In this document: positions 24,904-41,141 of the stretch, in pieces
Layout of the letters: every line of letters begins with the position of its first letter
How positions within the stretch are numbered: the stretch's first letter is position 1
Assembly (NCBI RefSeq): GCF_006345805.1
Contig: NC_043004.1
Coordinates: 10,292,001 to 10,356,000, forward strand
From: Octopus sinensis
Lineage: Eukaryota
Length of the DNA: 64,000 nucleotides
Direction of reading: 5' to 3'
The notes under the pieces: generated by a model
The model's database searches: none
Told to the model about the DNA's origin: nothing
Seen by the model: the letters and a program-made list of their open reading frames with translations, nothing else
Made by a program: the position numbers and the translations under genes

Positions 24904-25185
24904 ATGAAATTAGTGTAATTTAAACATATAAGAGGTGCCGTGACAGGACACCTAGCATACTAGAAAGACCAGTCAAATCCAAACCACGGTTAGGGGTAAT
25001 TTCGAAGGGATTTGACTAGTCCTTCATGTATGTTAGGTGTCCTGTCAAGACATCTCTTATGTGTTTAAGTGTACACTAATTTTATGTGAATAATATATAG
25101 TCTGTTGACTAATTTCTGCATTCTAGGCCACGGGTAGAAAAAAAAATTTCTATAATTTTTCCTATCCTGTATATTTTTCCTATAT
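24904..25185 (+). mobile_element. Fold-back element, family F1
   Basis: Imperfect arms at 24904-24980 and 25008-25085. The tail ttttatgtgaataatatatag...tttctataatt is shared with 4130-4230. Confidence 0.7.
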
Positions 25186-25971
25186 ATATATATATCTTTG
25201 ATGTTTGAAATATTGACACAGACGTGTTCAAAACTCAAAGTTTCGTGAGGCAGTAATAGTAATTTCGAAAACTGGCACCACCATCACAACAACAACATTG
25301 TCAAAACTGTTACTGTAACCACTCACATCAGGTTCCTAGATATAAACCCCAACCAACAACAATAACACACTACATCTATACTCGTTTATCACAGAGTTTG
25401 GATAAAAGCAAACAAACAAAAAAAAAAACAGTGAAAATTAATCAGTGATGAATAAATCATCTCCCCACAGTTTATGAATTGAACGAATATTAGATTCATT
25501 GATACCGAACTCGGGGCTCAGAGCAGGGGTGTTTCCACCTTCGTACATTTTCTGTTCAATGACGGATACGTGTACGTAAATCTATATAAAAAAATACCCG
25601 GCGTCGCAGCATGTTCATATAAGCACACACGATAGTCAATGTAGTCTGGAAAGCTAAGCATTGTGGGAGGTTGCTGGAGAACGTTTTTGCGCTACAAACA
25701 AAATCTTCGACTGATCGCCGATCCGCGCTATCTCAGATCATTCCATGATAAGCGTGACATGGTTCACAATCTAGTCATCCCGAGTCAGTCATGAATGAAC
25801 CAGTGATAATCGAGGCTACATAGATAAACATTATTACCTTCATAAATATTAATATCAAAAACAGCTGCAAAAACAACACTATCATTGTCAATTTATTAGG
25901 ATTTTTAGCTTCCATCCACACATCTTGAATTCGATTCCCGTTATGAGAAGGCAATATTCTGCAAGTCAAAG

Positions 25972-26480
25972 GCGGGGAGCTGGCAGAAACGTTAGCGCAC
26001 TGGACGAAATGCTTTATAGTATTTCCTCTGCCGTTACGTTCTGAGTTCAAATTCCGCCGTGGTCGATTTTGCCTTTCATCCTTTCGGAGTCGATTAAATA
26101 AGTACCAGTTACGCATTGGGGTCGATATAATCGACTTAATCCGTTTATCTGTCCTTGTTTGTCCTCTATGTGTTTAGCCCCTTGTGGGTAGTAAAGAAAT
26201 AGGTATTTCGTCTGTCTTTACGTTCTGAGTTCAAATTCCGTCGAGGTCGACTTTGACTTTCAGCCTTTTAAAAAGGCGGCAAGCTGTCAGAATCGTTAGC
26301 ACGCTGGGCGAAATGCTTAGCGGTATTTCGTCTGCCGTTACGTTCTGAGTTCAAATTCCGCCGAGGTCGACTTTGCCTTTCATCCTTTCGTGGTCGATTA
26401 AATAAATACCAGTTTCGCACTGGGGTCGATCTAATCGACTGGCTCCTTCCCCAAAATTCCGGGGCTTGTACCTAGAGTAG
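25972..26480 (+). mobile_element. SINE family B: a head unit with a partial second unit, then a second copy
   Basis: ggcgg.gagctggcagaaacgttagc head, and the same aaagaaatag|gtatttcgtctg junction at about 26200. Confidence 0.88.
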
Positions 26481-26679
26481 AAAAGAGTATTTAGCAAGTC
26501 AATGAGTCTGTACCATGTCTTTTCTCACCCTACAAGCAGTAGTTAAACCACATTCTAACTCTCCTTTCTAAAGCAAAAGATATATTGGTGATTGTCAACC
26601 TAAGTTCATTTGCTTAAAAATAAGGTGGGATGGTCACAAGGAAATGGTATTGCCTTTCACTATAATCACTACTATACCA

Positions 26680-27417
26680 GTACAAACAGAACTATCAACA
26701 AAATACCGCCACCCACCACTACCACCACTACACCACCAAACCGCCAGTACCACCAATACCACCATATCATCGTCAACAACAACTACTACTACTACTACTA
26801 CTACTACTAATACTACTACTACTAATCTGGAGACTGATACATCCTATGCGCTCTCTACTATTACTTTCACTATCAGTAATTTTCTACTATATCATTTCAG
26901 CCCAAAAAGCCACCACCACCACCACCTCCATAACAACCACCTCCTCCAACACCAACATTACAACAACAACCACCATCATTACCATCACCACCACCACCAC
27001 CACCACCACCCACCACCATAACCACCCACCACCACCGCCGCCTCCACCACCTCCGCCATCACCGACATCGCCAATCACTGGTCTTTCAACTTCTCTCAGA
27101 AGCGCAACCACAACGACCACTGACTGCATCGCCACCATCGTTAACACCATCCTCAAAGCTATCACTACCACTAGTGAAACCTTTAAAGCCGCCGCCGCCG
27201 CCACCGCCAGCAGCAGCAGCAGCAACCACCAGCACCACCACCACCACCACCATCAACAACAACAACAACAACGCCACTAGCGCCATTGCACCATCCCACG
27301 TCCACCACTACCGCCATCATCATCATCATTGCCCGCGCCGCTGCTACCATGCTCAACTCATCTTCAACCACTTGTTGCATTAAAACCACTGCCAATAATA
27401 AAGTGCACCCACCATAT
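26680..27417 (+). repeat. ACC/ACT/CAT-rich cryptically simple tract (Thr-rich if translated)
   Basis: Directly visible. Coding status is unresolved. Confidence 0.8.
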
Positions 27418-27968
27418 GTAAGCACACACACACACACACAGACACACACTTTTCCTACGCCACTTTCTCTCTCATACACAGCCAGATTTCATATACATTC
27501 ACACAAAGGTACACACACACATGCACATTCGTATAGACACATATTCATACGCCTACACCGCGCACTTGTAGAGTTACCAGAAACCTCATTGCCAACATTG
27601 CCTAGCAGCATTCCTGCTGGTGAGTCACAACTGTCATATTCATGATTGCCCATCGCTTGGGGACATAAAGCAAATGATGGAATCATCTCTCTCTCTCTCT
27701 CACTTTCTCTCCCTCTCTTCCTCTCCCCCCTCTCTCTCTCCATACACACATATATGCATGTATAATTTACACCGGTAAACTACCAGCAAAATATGAAGAA
27801 TCAACATTAGAAATCTTTTCGGAAACCTTCAACTTAAAGACGAAACTACATTCAACCTTTTTACACCTGACGATATATATATTGACATACACGCATTTCT
27901 ATCGATATACATGTATAAGTACATACAAATACATAATAAACATATGGGCTTATGAATATCCACAGCCA

Positions 27969-28079
<111 letters not shown>

Positions 28080-28206
28080 CTATGTATGTACGTATCAATG
28101 TACACACATAAATATATACATTCATATATATGTGTATATATATATATATACACACACATCTATGTATGTACGTATTGATGTACACACATAAATATATACA
28201 TTCATA

Positions 28207-28241
<35 letters not shown>

Positions 28242-28242
<1 letters not shown>

Positions 28243-28289
28243 ACGTAAGGGGTATCAGCCATCTGAAGATGGCTGATACCCCTTACGTT
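28242..28289. repeat. Perfect 23-bp-arm hairpin at the 5' end of a short element abutting (TA)n
   Basis: aacgtaaggggtatcagccatct-ga-agatggctgataccccttacgtt. Confidence 0.85.
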
Positions 28290-28335
28290 GTCGAGCGGTT
28301 ACTGTTTATATCTCGTTCAGAGATTTATTATTGTT

Positions 28336-28464
<129 letters not shown>

Positions 28465-28473
28465 CGTGTGAAT

Positions 28474-28800
28474 GCGCATGGCTCAGAGGTTAGGGCGTCG
28501 AGCTTACGATCGTGAGGTTGTGAGTTGGATTCCTGGACCGTGCTGCGTGTTGTGTTCTTGAGCAAGATACTTTATTTCAGGTTCCTCCAGTTCACTCAGC
28601 TGTAGATATGAGTTGCGACATCACTGGTGCCAAGCTGTATCGGCCTTTGCCTTTCCATTGGATGACATCGGTGGTGTGGAGAGGGAAGGCCGGTATGCAT
28701 GAGCGACTGCTAGCCTCCCATAAACAACCTTGCCCGGACTTGTGCCTCGGACGGTAACTTGGTGCAATCCCATGGTCATTCATGACCGAAGGGGGTCTCC
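28474..28800 (+). mobile_element. tRNA-derived SINE family D, near full length
   Basis: gcgcatggctcag.ggttagg...ttgagcaag.tacttt...ccagttcactcagctg. Related heads lie at 29851, 36555 and 63886. Confidence 0.85.
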
Positions 28801-29310
28801 TCCTCCATATATATATATATATATATGCGTGTATACACATATATATGCATATATATACACACACATATAATGAATGTATGTATTTGTATATATCCATACA
28901 CATACACATATATATGTATACATACATATACATACACCACCCCACATATATGTATGTATGTATGTATGCATGTATGTTTGCTCACACACACACATAGAGA
29001 TATGTGACTGAAGCAAGACTGAGTTGTTACGAAGTTCGCTTGGTAACCTTGCGGTTTCATGTTCGATCCCGCTGCGTGGCTGCTTATGTCCGTGTCTTTA
29101 ATACAGCTTCGTGTCGACCCAAAACTGTTTAGAAGACGCTCGGATCGACAGTGCCGTAATCCAACTTTAATCGCTGAGTGTAATGCTGGTTCTACTAGGG
29201 AATCAAGTTAAGGGTATACACGCCAGTGAAATACACAGTCAATTATGTGCTAATTCGATGAGTAGGGAATTCAGCTAATCGAACAACATAGCACTTATAC
29301 GTCGAAATAG

Positions 29311-29345
<35 letters not shown>

Positions 29346-29384
29346 CATCTATCTATCTATCTATCTATCTATCTATTTTGAAAT

Positions 29385-29429
<45 letters not shown>

Positions 29430-29781
29430 GTATATGTATATATGATGGGCTCTTGGTATATGCATAAATAGCTATGCTCACACACACACACACGCACACA
29501 CACAAATCAACACACACACATACACATACAAGTAAGCACAACTGGCGCTTAAAAATTTACGGTACATGTTTTGGTAGCATTCAGTTATTGTGATCGTAAG
29601 AAATTCTTAAGAATCCTTATAACTAAATTTTTTATAAGGCCGAAACTGTAATGATGATTGGAAGCTTGACTGATGAAAGAAAGCCACTAATGTTCCGTCC
29701 TGGTTTTTCCTACTCCGTCTTCCTATCGTCTATCTGTCTGTATGTTTTTATTGTCGTCCGTTACGTACTTATTCCGTTTAA

Positions 29782-29850
<69 letters not shown>

Positions 29851-29852
<2 letters not shown>

Positions 29853-30270
29853 ACTAGTGGTTAGGGTGTTGCACTCACGATCGCGAGGTCGTGGTTTCAG
29901 TCCTAGACCGTGTGCTGCGTTGTTTTCTTGAGCAAAACATTCCATCACTCGTTGCTCTGGGACCACTTCGACACCTGACGCGTGGCGCACCGTTCACCTG
30001 TTCGGACAACGTCGATTTGAAGGAGGGAGTCAGCTCATGTGCGGCACGAACTTTTGATCACTATAAACACATATGTTTATATATTGGCAACAAGGCCATC
30101 AATTTCGGGCGAGAGGGAAAATCGATTACATCAACCTCAGTGTTAACTGGTGCTTATTCTATCGACCCCGAAAGGATGAAAGTCCAAGTCGACCTCGTAA
30201 GGTTGGAAGAAATGGTGCTGAGCATAAGCATTTTTTTAGCGCGGTAACGATTTTCCCAGCTCACCGACTT
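29851..30270. mobile_element. SINE D fragment (+) joined to a SINE B fragment (-)
   Basis: tRNA-like head at 29851, and the B core (atcgaccccgaaaggatgaaa) at about 30160. Confidence 0.65.
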
Positions 30271-30319
30271 AATGTGTGTGTGTGTGTATGTATGTGTGTG
30301 TGTATTTATATGTCTATCG

Positions 30320-30620
30320 TCTGTTCCTTCCCGAGCCATACCTGGCTCATAAGAGCCGGTTTCCCAGTTTCGTTGGCTTATAGGTTCCCCACCTGGACGG
30401 GACGCCGGTCCGTCAGAGGCGAGCTGCTAGATGCAGGAGGGAAGAATGAGAGAAAACTGTGGCGAAAGAGTCAGCAGAAGTTCGCCATTACTTTCTGCCG
30501 GAGTCGTGTGAAGTTTAGTGTTTCGCTCATAAACACACACATCGCCCGCTGAGATTCAAACCCACGATTCCTCGACCATGAGTCCTGCTGCTTTAACCAC
30601 TAGGTTATGTGCCCCCGCGA
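30320..30620 (-). mobile_element. tRNA-derived SINE family C variant (second copy at 31675-31975)
   Basis: Two collinear copies, with a tRNA-like head on the minus strand. Confidence 0.8.
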
Positions 30621-31489
30621 GCGCACGCGTGTGTCTATTAATGGTTGTTTTTACGTCACATTACATATAAAAGCAATTTAAAATTAAATTGAGAGTTAAT
30701 CTATACTAAGAAGTAGAGCATACGTCTTTTAAACTTTTACAAGCAAAGTAGAGACAGTGACTTCGAAAATTCGGTTTGGTAGCCTTGTACTATGTATGCA
30801 TGCAAGCATGTGTTTGTGTGTATGTGTTTTTGTGTGTTGTGCGTGTGTGTGCGTATGCGAGTTGAAGTAGTCAACAAGGCACAGATTGCAATTAATTTTT
30901 CTTTAAAATAAATCATAATTTTAAATTTTCGATATTTCGAGTCCATAACCCCGAGATCAAACAAAACAAGAATTAAGACGCAATTGCAAAAAAAAAATCT
31001 TCAAACTTCCGTTGGTTTTGGTCACGACGTAACCATAGAAATCAATTTACTCAACACCATCGACCTAGAACTTTAATTAACACACTCCCTAGCTCCAATG
31101 TCTTTCGAACAACCATTAACCCCCTCCTTGGCGCAGAGAAATTCCTGAATAGTTACTCGGCTCATAATTTGCAGTTTATTTCCTGTATTTAATAGATGCT
31201 ATTAATACACGTAAAATCCAATTGTTTTTCTGATCGACGAATCAAATGATATTTGTGTTAACGCTATTCTGGTTTATTAAAAAAAAAAATTGCTATTTTT
31301 CAAAATATGATTTGAAGAAGCTGTCAACAATGATGGGACAATTACTTTGTTTCGTTTGAATAAAACTGAAATCCATATTATAATTTCGGCCTACAGTGAC
31401 TAAACTTGACAAAGAAAGATTTAAGTCAAATTTGAAAGATGTCTTAAATATCCTCGAAGTGGTACGAATCCGGCCAGCTCCGATGAGCG

Positions 31490-31665
<176 letters not shown>

Positions 31666-32479
31666 TGCATTTTGTTTGTTCCTTCTCGAACCATGCCTGG
31701 CTCATAGGGCCGGTTTCCCGGTTTCCTTGGCGTATAGGTTCCCCACTTAGACGGGACGCCGGTCCGTCGCAGGTGTGCTGCAAGAAGCAGGAGGAAAGAG
31801 TGAGAGAAAGTTGTGGCGAAAGAGTCAGTAGAAGTTCATCATTACCTTCTGCCGGAGCCGCGTGGAGCTTAGGGGTTTCGCTCATAAACACGCACATCGC
31901 CCGGTCTGAGATTCGAACTCTCTTAATCCCTCGACCGCGAGTCCTATACTCTAACCACTAGGCCATGTGGTTCCAAACAAATGCATATACATGTATTTAT
32001 ATGTGTATATCTTTGAATATGAAAACCACAATTATAGAAACAGTCCTCATTACTACTACGCAATAATATGCGTTTGGGATGAGTTAATTATACGTGATGA
32101 GTAACATAATGACATTTGCATATTTCGTCCCACTCGTTACCACAATTCTCACAGCAAGCAGGTTTCTAAAGTTGTAACATTTATCACAATTTCGGCTAAA
32201 GGTTAATGCGTAAAACACATTTAGCCAGCTTTTAGACTGCTGACTATGGCAAATGGCCACACGTTTTTGAGGCAGATTATGTACTTGAATGGAAAAAGGT
32301 AGCACATCTAGAAAGCTAAATATTATAACTGAAGTGAAGGTAATGGCGTTAACCTTGCACCAGTAGGCGAAAGACTCCGGGTAATAATTCCCAAAGAGTC
32401 ATCTGCTAATGCGGAGGAACTGCTCAGGTCAACGGCCAAGAGTTCGGGGCTACGGCGTTTTCTCAGGTAGAGACAATCG

Positions 32480-32750
32480 ATTGTAGCTAACAACTTGGAG
32501 AGGAATGGGCACCGCCAAGCTAATTTGTCTATGATACATTCATGACGAGGATAACGGGTCCAGAACACATACCGGTTCGAACGTCGCCCGGGTTAACATC
32601 AAAGAATGGATGGGCTTCAATTTCGTCGTCCCATGGAGGGCAGCAGTAGAGCAGGAAGAATGGTGAAATCTGGTTGCCAATTCTTCAACGAATGCCACAA
32701 CAACCCCATGGTTAAGCGATAGCAAGGAAGAAATGGAGGATAATTTATAT
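32480..32750 (+). mobile_element. RTE-clade LINE 3' fragment
   Basis: VNIKEWMG...RAAVEQEEW*NLVANSS resembles the RTE C-terminal NIKEWTG...A.DR..WR motif. Confidence 0.45.
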
Positions 32751-33147
32751 ATCATATAATATATAGATATGATATTATAATCTGCCCTTCGTCAAAAACA
32801 TAAAACCTTAATATCAAATGCATATGATCGTTATTGTTTTGAAGCTAAATAGCAATAACAAGATAAAATTTCAGTTAAAATTAAAATACTGCCATAGACA
32901 ACGTTTACATTTGTCTGATGGTGGTCGATAAATTCTGATATTTGTACGTTACATTTATATGATTTTATCGAGCATTCTCGTATCCAATTCCATGAGAAAT
33001 GTTTATGTGTGCATATATATATGTGTGTATGCACATAGCTATGTATGTATGTATGCATATATGCATGCATATATGCATGCATGTATGTATGTATGTATGT
33101 ATGTATGTATGTATGTATGTATGTATGTATGTATGTATGTATGTATG

Positions 33148-33523
33148 TCATTGTTCAGTTTTATTTCAAGATTTCTTGCCAACAGAGAAAAGTGCTGGTT
33201 TCTAACCTAGATTCATGGGTTCTTCATTGGAATTTCAACATCAACAATAGGGTATTTTTATTTGTATGTATATGTGCAGATCTGTATGTTTTCCTTTATG
33301 TATGTATTCTCATGCATATAGTTGCATATCTAGACATACTCAAAACTTTTGGAAACCTTTACAGACTTTACGGTTCCAGTGATGGATTGGATCTGTAGTC
33401 TTCGAATTAACTTTTTCCTTTCTGGTTTTGAGAAGCCAATTTCTCAAGATTAGAACTTAGGCAGTGTGTTACATATCCCAGGGCTCCAATAATTACAGGT
33501 ATAAACCTGAACTTGTAACCCGG
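33148..33523 (-). mobile_element. R4/Dong-like RLE LINE 3' end, family Y
   Basis: YKFRFIPVIIGALGYVTHCL...EKL(GFSKPER)...QIQSITGT carries the P-V-I-I-G-A-L-G motif of RLE C-termini. The 3' UTR ends in (CATA)n. Confidence 0.8.
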
Positions 33524-33619
33524 ATGTGTGTATGTGTTTTTGTGCATGTATGCACACAAATACGTGCATATACTATATTTGGTATTATTCAGTATCTGCC
33601 TTTTCCCGTATTATCTAGT

Positions 33620-34420
33620 AATCCATATACAGAATAGAATCAAAATTCCACCATAGATATTCCGCGACAATCTAGGCACATGCCATCCCTGTGTGTGCAT
33701 ATACACCTGCTTGCGTACCCAGAGTACACAGCTGAAATATATCCATTGTTTTCAACCCCAATGCCTATGTCCAGCAATGAGATTGCTCTATTGCTTCGGA
33801 TTTTAAATTCCAGCACTGAATTATTGTACTGGTGCACTCCCAACCTTTCGACGTTCTTTGCTGTGTCCATCACAGTTTATTACTCACCTATCTATTGTAT
33901 ACTATATGATTGAGTTTAAGTTGCATTTTTGTGTGGCTAGTCACAATGTATCAAACATGAACCCTTGAGAAGAACCCATAGCCCCTACATCTCTCTGTTC
34001 ATACAGACTTCCCCAAGTGCAGTGGAAAGATGCCTCCCCCACGCAAATCACAAGTAGTTTTCCAACAACTCGTCTGACATTATTATGGCTAGCTTAATAC
34101 TTGTGTGCCTGTACATATGTACTTACTTAAGCCCTTTGCTCCATAGGCCTTCGACGAAATTCTGAACTGTCTTTTCTTCCTCCAGTCTGGGTATTGAATT
34201 GTCATCAATGCTTCTGGGCTTTTGCTCTTCTTTCTAGGTAGTGGTTTTGGCCCTACGCGAACCCAGTTTTACATCTAGGAAGAGGTGGTCCATATTTGCT
34301 TGGCTTCTTCACTTTGATCTGTTCAATATGAGAGGCTCTACCACGAAATTGTGCCCCACTGGCATAGCTCGCAAGGTCATTGAGGGACACACACCTCTAC
34401 GCCGCAGCAAGGACTAGACC
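33620..34420 (-). mobile_element. Degenerate LINE-derived sequence (possibly RTE APE/UTR)
   Basis: Weak GY..YSG APE-like motif and decayed reading frames. Confidence 0.3.
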
Positions 34421-34988
34421 TTTTGGCGGCCTGTATACTACTAGCAAACATAATTTCTATAATCTCCGCAACTAGAATTTTAGTGAAAAATGTTCCACTT
34501 GACAAAAGACTCTTCAAGGCGATGTTCCAGCATAGCCGCAGTCACCTGACTGAAACAAGTAAACGAATAAAAGAATCCGAGGCAGAAATGGTACACATCC
34601 AATCTGTTACTTCCAAAATGTCCGCCCAGTTAAGAGAGAATTAATCTAACAGCGAAAATTTGGCTATAAAATCTGCATAAAGAGAATTCCGGCTTTAAAA
34701 GTTTCTATAAACATATGATGTCCCCTATAAAATAGGATGGACATAAACTAATCACAGCCTTACTATGAAGATGAGAAGCGGCGATTGAAGTAAACTTGGG
34801 AACGTTATTAATCCGAAGAAACTATAACGATCTGATCCGCTGATACAAAAAGACTTAATTGAGAAGATTAATTAATTAGAACACACACACACACACACGC
34901 ACATATATATACTCACGTAACTACTTTAACAGACATCTCCACACACATATGCAGTTTTTCTAGTGATTTAATATATATTTATTCGTCT

Positions 34989-35201
34989 TTACTCTTATTT
35001 CTTTTACTTGTTTCAGTCATTTGACTGCGGCCATGTTGGAGCACCGCCTTTTCAGTCGAACAAATCGACCTCAGGATATATTCTTTGCAAGGCTAGTACT
35101 TATTCTATCGGTTTATTTTTGCCGAACCGCTAAGTTACAGGGACGTAAACACACGAACATCGGTAGTCGATAAGTGGGGGGAGACAAGCACAGACACACA
35201 A

Positions 35202-35254
<53 letters not shown>

Positions 35255-35286
35255 TAGATATATAGATAGATAGGTAGATAGGTAGG

Positions 35287-35377
<91 letters not shown>

Positions 35378-35536
35378 CGGGCATCTTTCAGTTTCCGAGC
35401 ACCAAATCCGCTGAGAAAGCTTGGGTTAGCCAGAGGCTATAGTAGAAGACCTTTGCATAAGGTGCCACGCAGTGGGACTGAATCCAGAACCATGTAGTTA
35501 GGAAGCTAGCTTCTTACCACAGAGCTACGGCTGCGC
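34989..35536 (-). mobile_element. SINE family A, full length, with internal (CA)n(TAGA)n
   Basis: Both halves flank a central microsatellite. Confidence 0.88.
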
Positions 35537-37448
35537 GTTCAAATGCATGCCACTGGTCACTGAGTTATTTCTCTCACCTCATTTTCCTTTCATTTATGTA
35601 AATTACCCTGACCAGTATCTGTTCTACTTTTTTAACACGTCAAAATGTCTCGCCTATTGAAGATAATGTAGGACAGTTTCTAAGCTGATGACGCTATTTA
35701 AGGAAGAATCACGTCCCGTCTTCTCACTAATGATGTGTAAGATTCTTGATACGAGAGTTTATCTCCCTTTCTCATTCACAATTGTTACTGATCAACACAA
35801 TCATTTCTTCTATTCTTTCTAGAAGATGTAATAATTTCATTAAATATAAAATTCCTCTGGTTTGCTGTTCAATATATCCTCATTCGTCTCTGTTGTTCAA
35901 ATACATGTCACTGGCCACATGGAATGTTTTTGCATTTCATTTCGTTTCCATTCGTGCATACAAACCTACATCCATACGTACATACATACATACACCCATA
36001 CATATATTTATTTTAATTTTTGCTTCATTGTAAGTCACTTTATTACTTATATGAGAAGTGTTCTTCGTTTTAATCCACGTTTCTCATGTATAAAAGTAGG
36101 GAAAGACAAGTAACAAAGTGTATTTTAATCGAAATAAGCCAAACAGAGATTGAGATACCTTTTGACAAGTTACCTGACGAGACACATCTGCACCAGTGAT
36201 GTACCACAACTGTTTGTACAGCATCTCACCTGCGAGACGCCGGTCCACGATGAATTGAAACAACCGTAGTGTATAATAAAGAATTTCGTAAATTTCATTT
36301 TCTTTCTCTCGTACTTTATAAACTCTTCGGTCAGAAACGAATTCCTGAAGTAAACCCAGTGGCATTGAAATACATACTGTTAATGACATCAGGTAACCGA
36401 ATACAGTAAACGGGCTTTAAACAGCATACTACAAGGTGCATACCCAAATTTAAAATTATTACACACACACACACACACACAACACACACACACACACGCA
36501 CACACACACACATACACACACACACATGGTACACGCTCATATATTAGAGATGCGATAGCCAGTGGCCTAATGGTTAAAGTGTTGTGCTCATGATAGTAAG
36601 GTCGTGAGTGCGATTTCTGGACTGGGCAGGCTTTGGCCCTTTCGGGCAAGGCCATTAATTTCAAGTTGCTCGACTCTGCTAATTTAAAAACGAGTACCAG
36701 CCGACTACAAACTCAGCTCTGTCCTTCTCCAGCAGTCACATCCTCAATGTTCCGCTGGCTTAAGTGGAGGAGGATCGAAAGGATAGCCATGTTTGCTCGT
36801 AACTATATAAACACTGAGAACAACTGGTGAAAATTTGGCACAATTGATTAATTCATACTCGTTTGCGAGTGATGGCTAAGCTTTCATGTTATAGACAATA
36901 TGCCATCCATCTCATTGTTATGAAAGTTTAATTTGACCTTAACAATATTTGATCTCAAAATTTTAATGGACGTAGTTATTGTATTCATGTATTAGACAGA
37001 GCAAACACATTTCACAAGACTTGAACTCTGTTGCAAATTCATATAAACACAAAGGAACAGCCTGACCACACACAATGAAGTTAAATAATAAGGCGCATCG
37101 TGGTGTGTTTGTAGATAAAGCAAGCTGAAGCAACATTGTGAAATTTAATATGAATAATTATGTCATGCTATATTAGTAAAGCGAAAGTGTGTAAAGTTTT
37201 TGACAAGCCAGCTGTCCATCTGGGGGTTAATAATATCACTAATTGAATAGAGATGGTTCCGGAACGGTTTGTATAGCTATATGGAACAACTATTGGTAAA
37301 GCAGCCAATTATGACAAACAGCAAGAAAATAATTTAATCTTAGCATCGATTGATTGTTAAAAACCTTTCGGCAGCGTACTGCGCCATTGGATATTGAAGA
37401 CAGTGATTCCAAACAAAGCAGCTGCATTATTAAGGCAGCATATCAACC

Positions 37449-37522
37449 ATGTCAGGACGCATTGGAAAACATCGATTTTTCAATATACAAAACAAAATGA
37501 AGGCAATATATAATATATATAT

Positions 37523-37556
<34 letters not shown>

Positions 37557-38460
37557 CACGCACAAAATATAGAAAACAGACAGTTTTTGTACCATTGGAA
37601 GAGCAATTTTTTAAAGAAATTTCCTATTTCTATTAAAATGTCTTCCTAACTCTAGCAGCAGCAATAGCAGATGTGTTGAACCAAGCTACAATGGTTGCAA
37701 ATGTCAAGGAAAAACTATAAACCATCTCCTATCTATATATGACCTAAAATGTGACAATAACTGATAAACAGACAACTGAAGAAGCTACTAAATGCTGTAA
37801 ATGGACTCATCAATAAGTGAATATGAGATTGGAAAAATATGCTAAAGTCACCCCGAGTTTGGCAAATATATAAAACCAATATATTATGTCAGATTTATAT
37901 GCAGTAATAAAATAATAAAGAAGACGAACACATGCATAAACACTGGGACTGGATAAAACAGAATTGATACTGTACAAAGGAATGAAAGAGGTAATTTAAA
38001 GGATATAATATGAAAGAGCTTGACTTATATCAAGGTCTGAATTATCAATTATACCAACCATAAAGTAATAGATATAAATTGATTAGTTATCCAAGTTATA
38101 AAATTATAACTTTAGCATAGTGATTTCTGGCATAAGTACAGGTAGGGAAAGACAGAGTTTCTGTACAGTCAAGTTGATCGACGTCTGTGGTTGATTGGTA
38201 CCGATGTTTTAAAACTATGGAAAGGTAAAAGCCAAAATAGGCATTGGTGGATTTGGAATATAGAACGATGAGGGACATGAACGTATATTACAATGCATTT
38301 TAGTCCAGCAGATCAGGGTGTTTTCAATTCATCATTCTTGAGAGAACAGCATATTCACTAGCAAGAGAAGGAGCCATTATTTGTTGGTTGCTGGACAACT
38401 GCCATATTGATTATATCACACAGAGTTTGCAGTAAATTCGATGTCAAAAATGGTTATGAA
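37449..38460 (+). pseudogene. Highly decayed Tigger/pogo transposase fragments
   Basis: An N-terminal KHRFFNIQNKMKAI-like segment, and PADQGV at about 38305 (pogo PxDQGV motif). Many stops. Confidence 0.35.
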
Positions 38461-38489
38461 ACAAATTGAAAAGTTTATTCCATTGTTCA

Positions 38490-40040
<1,551 letters not shown>

Positions 40041-40339
40041 TACACGCGCATACATATATGTAGGTATATATATATTGAATGTATATATATATATACTGAA
40101 GGTCTTCAGTATGCAACAATAATACAATAGCAACGTAAACACTGGTATATATACATTAAAAATAATTATAGACGCATCTAAGATAACACGTCGTACGGAC
40201 CAGCTTGGAAAACTACAATCTCTGTTACAGACATGATATAGCGAAATTGATATAACCCATGCACGCATCCAAACATAAATACAACAAAACTATACGCGAT
40301 CGAAATAAAAGATGAAACAATACATAACAGGAAGGACTG

Positions 40340-41100
40340 CAATTTTGAGGGGAGATATTGATCGATTATATCGATCCTAGTATTTGACTGTTAGTTTATT
40401 TTTAGCTGTCTTGGAGGAATGAATGGCAAAATTGACCTCGTCCGGTTTTGAGTTCAGACCGGAGAGGGCTGGAACAAAAGTAGCGTGGCATTCGATCCAT
40501 ATTTAAGGGGATGGAGCATGCTGATTACATCGATCCATTATATGAATGGTACCTTATTTTATTGATTCTGGAGGGATGAAAGGCAAAGTTGACCTCTTGG
40601 GGATTTAAACACAGAATGTAAAGACACGGAACAAATTCATAATAAGAATTTGGCCGGCGTGCTTCACGATTCTGCCAGCTCGCAGGTTTATTCAGAATAA
40701 TAATATTAATGGGTTAAAATTTTGGCACAAGAGCAGTAATTCTGGATTTGTGGGGATGGTGTGAGTCGATTATTTTATCGACTCCGAAATAGATGAGAGG
40801 CAAAATCGAATTCGACGGAATTTGAAATCAGAATGTAATGACTGACAAAATGCCGCTAAGCATTTCCCCCGGTGTACTAGCGATTCTGTGGGCTCGCCGC
40901 CTTATTCATAATAATAGTCCTTACTAAAATAGGCACAAGGCCTCATATTTTGTGGGAGGAGACTAGTCAATTACTAGTCGACTCCAGTACTTGACTAGTC
41001 AAAGTCGACCACGGCGGAATTTGAACTCATAATGTAATGACGGATGACATGCCGCTATGTATATCACCCGGCGTGCTAACGATTCTGCCAGCACACCGTC

Positions 41101-41141
<41 letters not shown>

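Noticed and set aside
29635-29685. GAAA followed by CTGATGA as a permuted hammerhead
   Set aside because: No stem II or stem III pairing.
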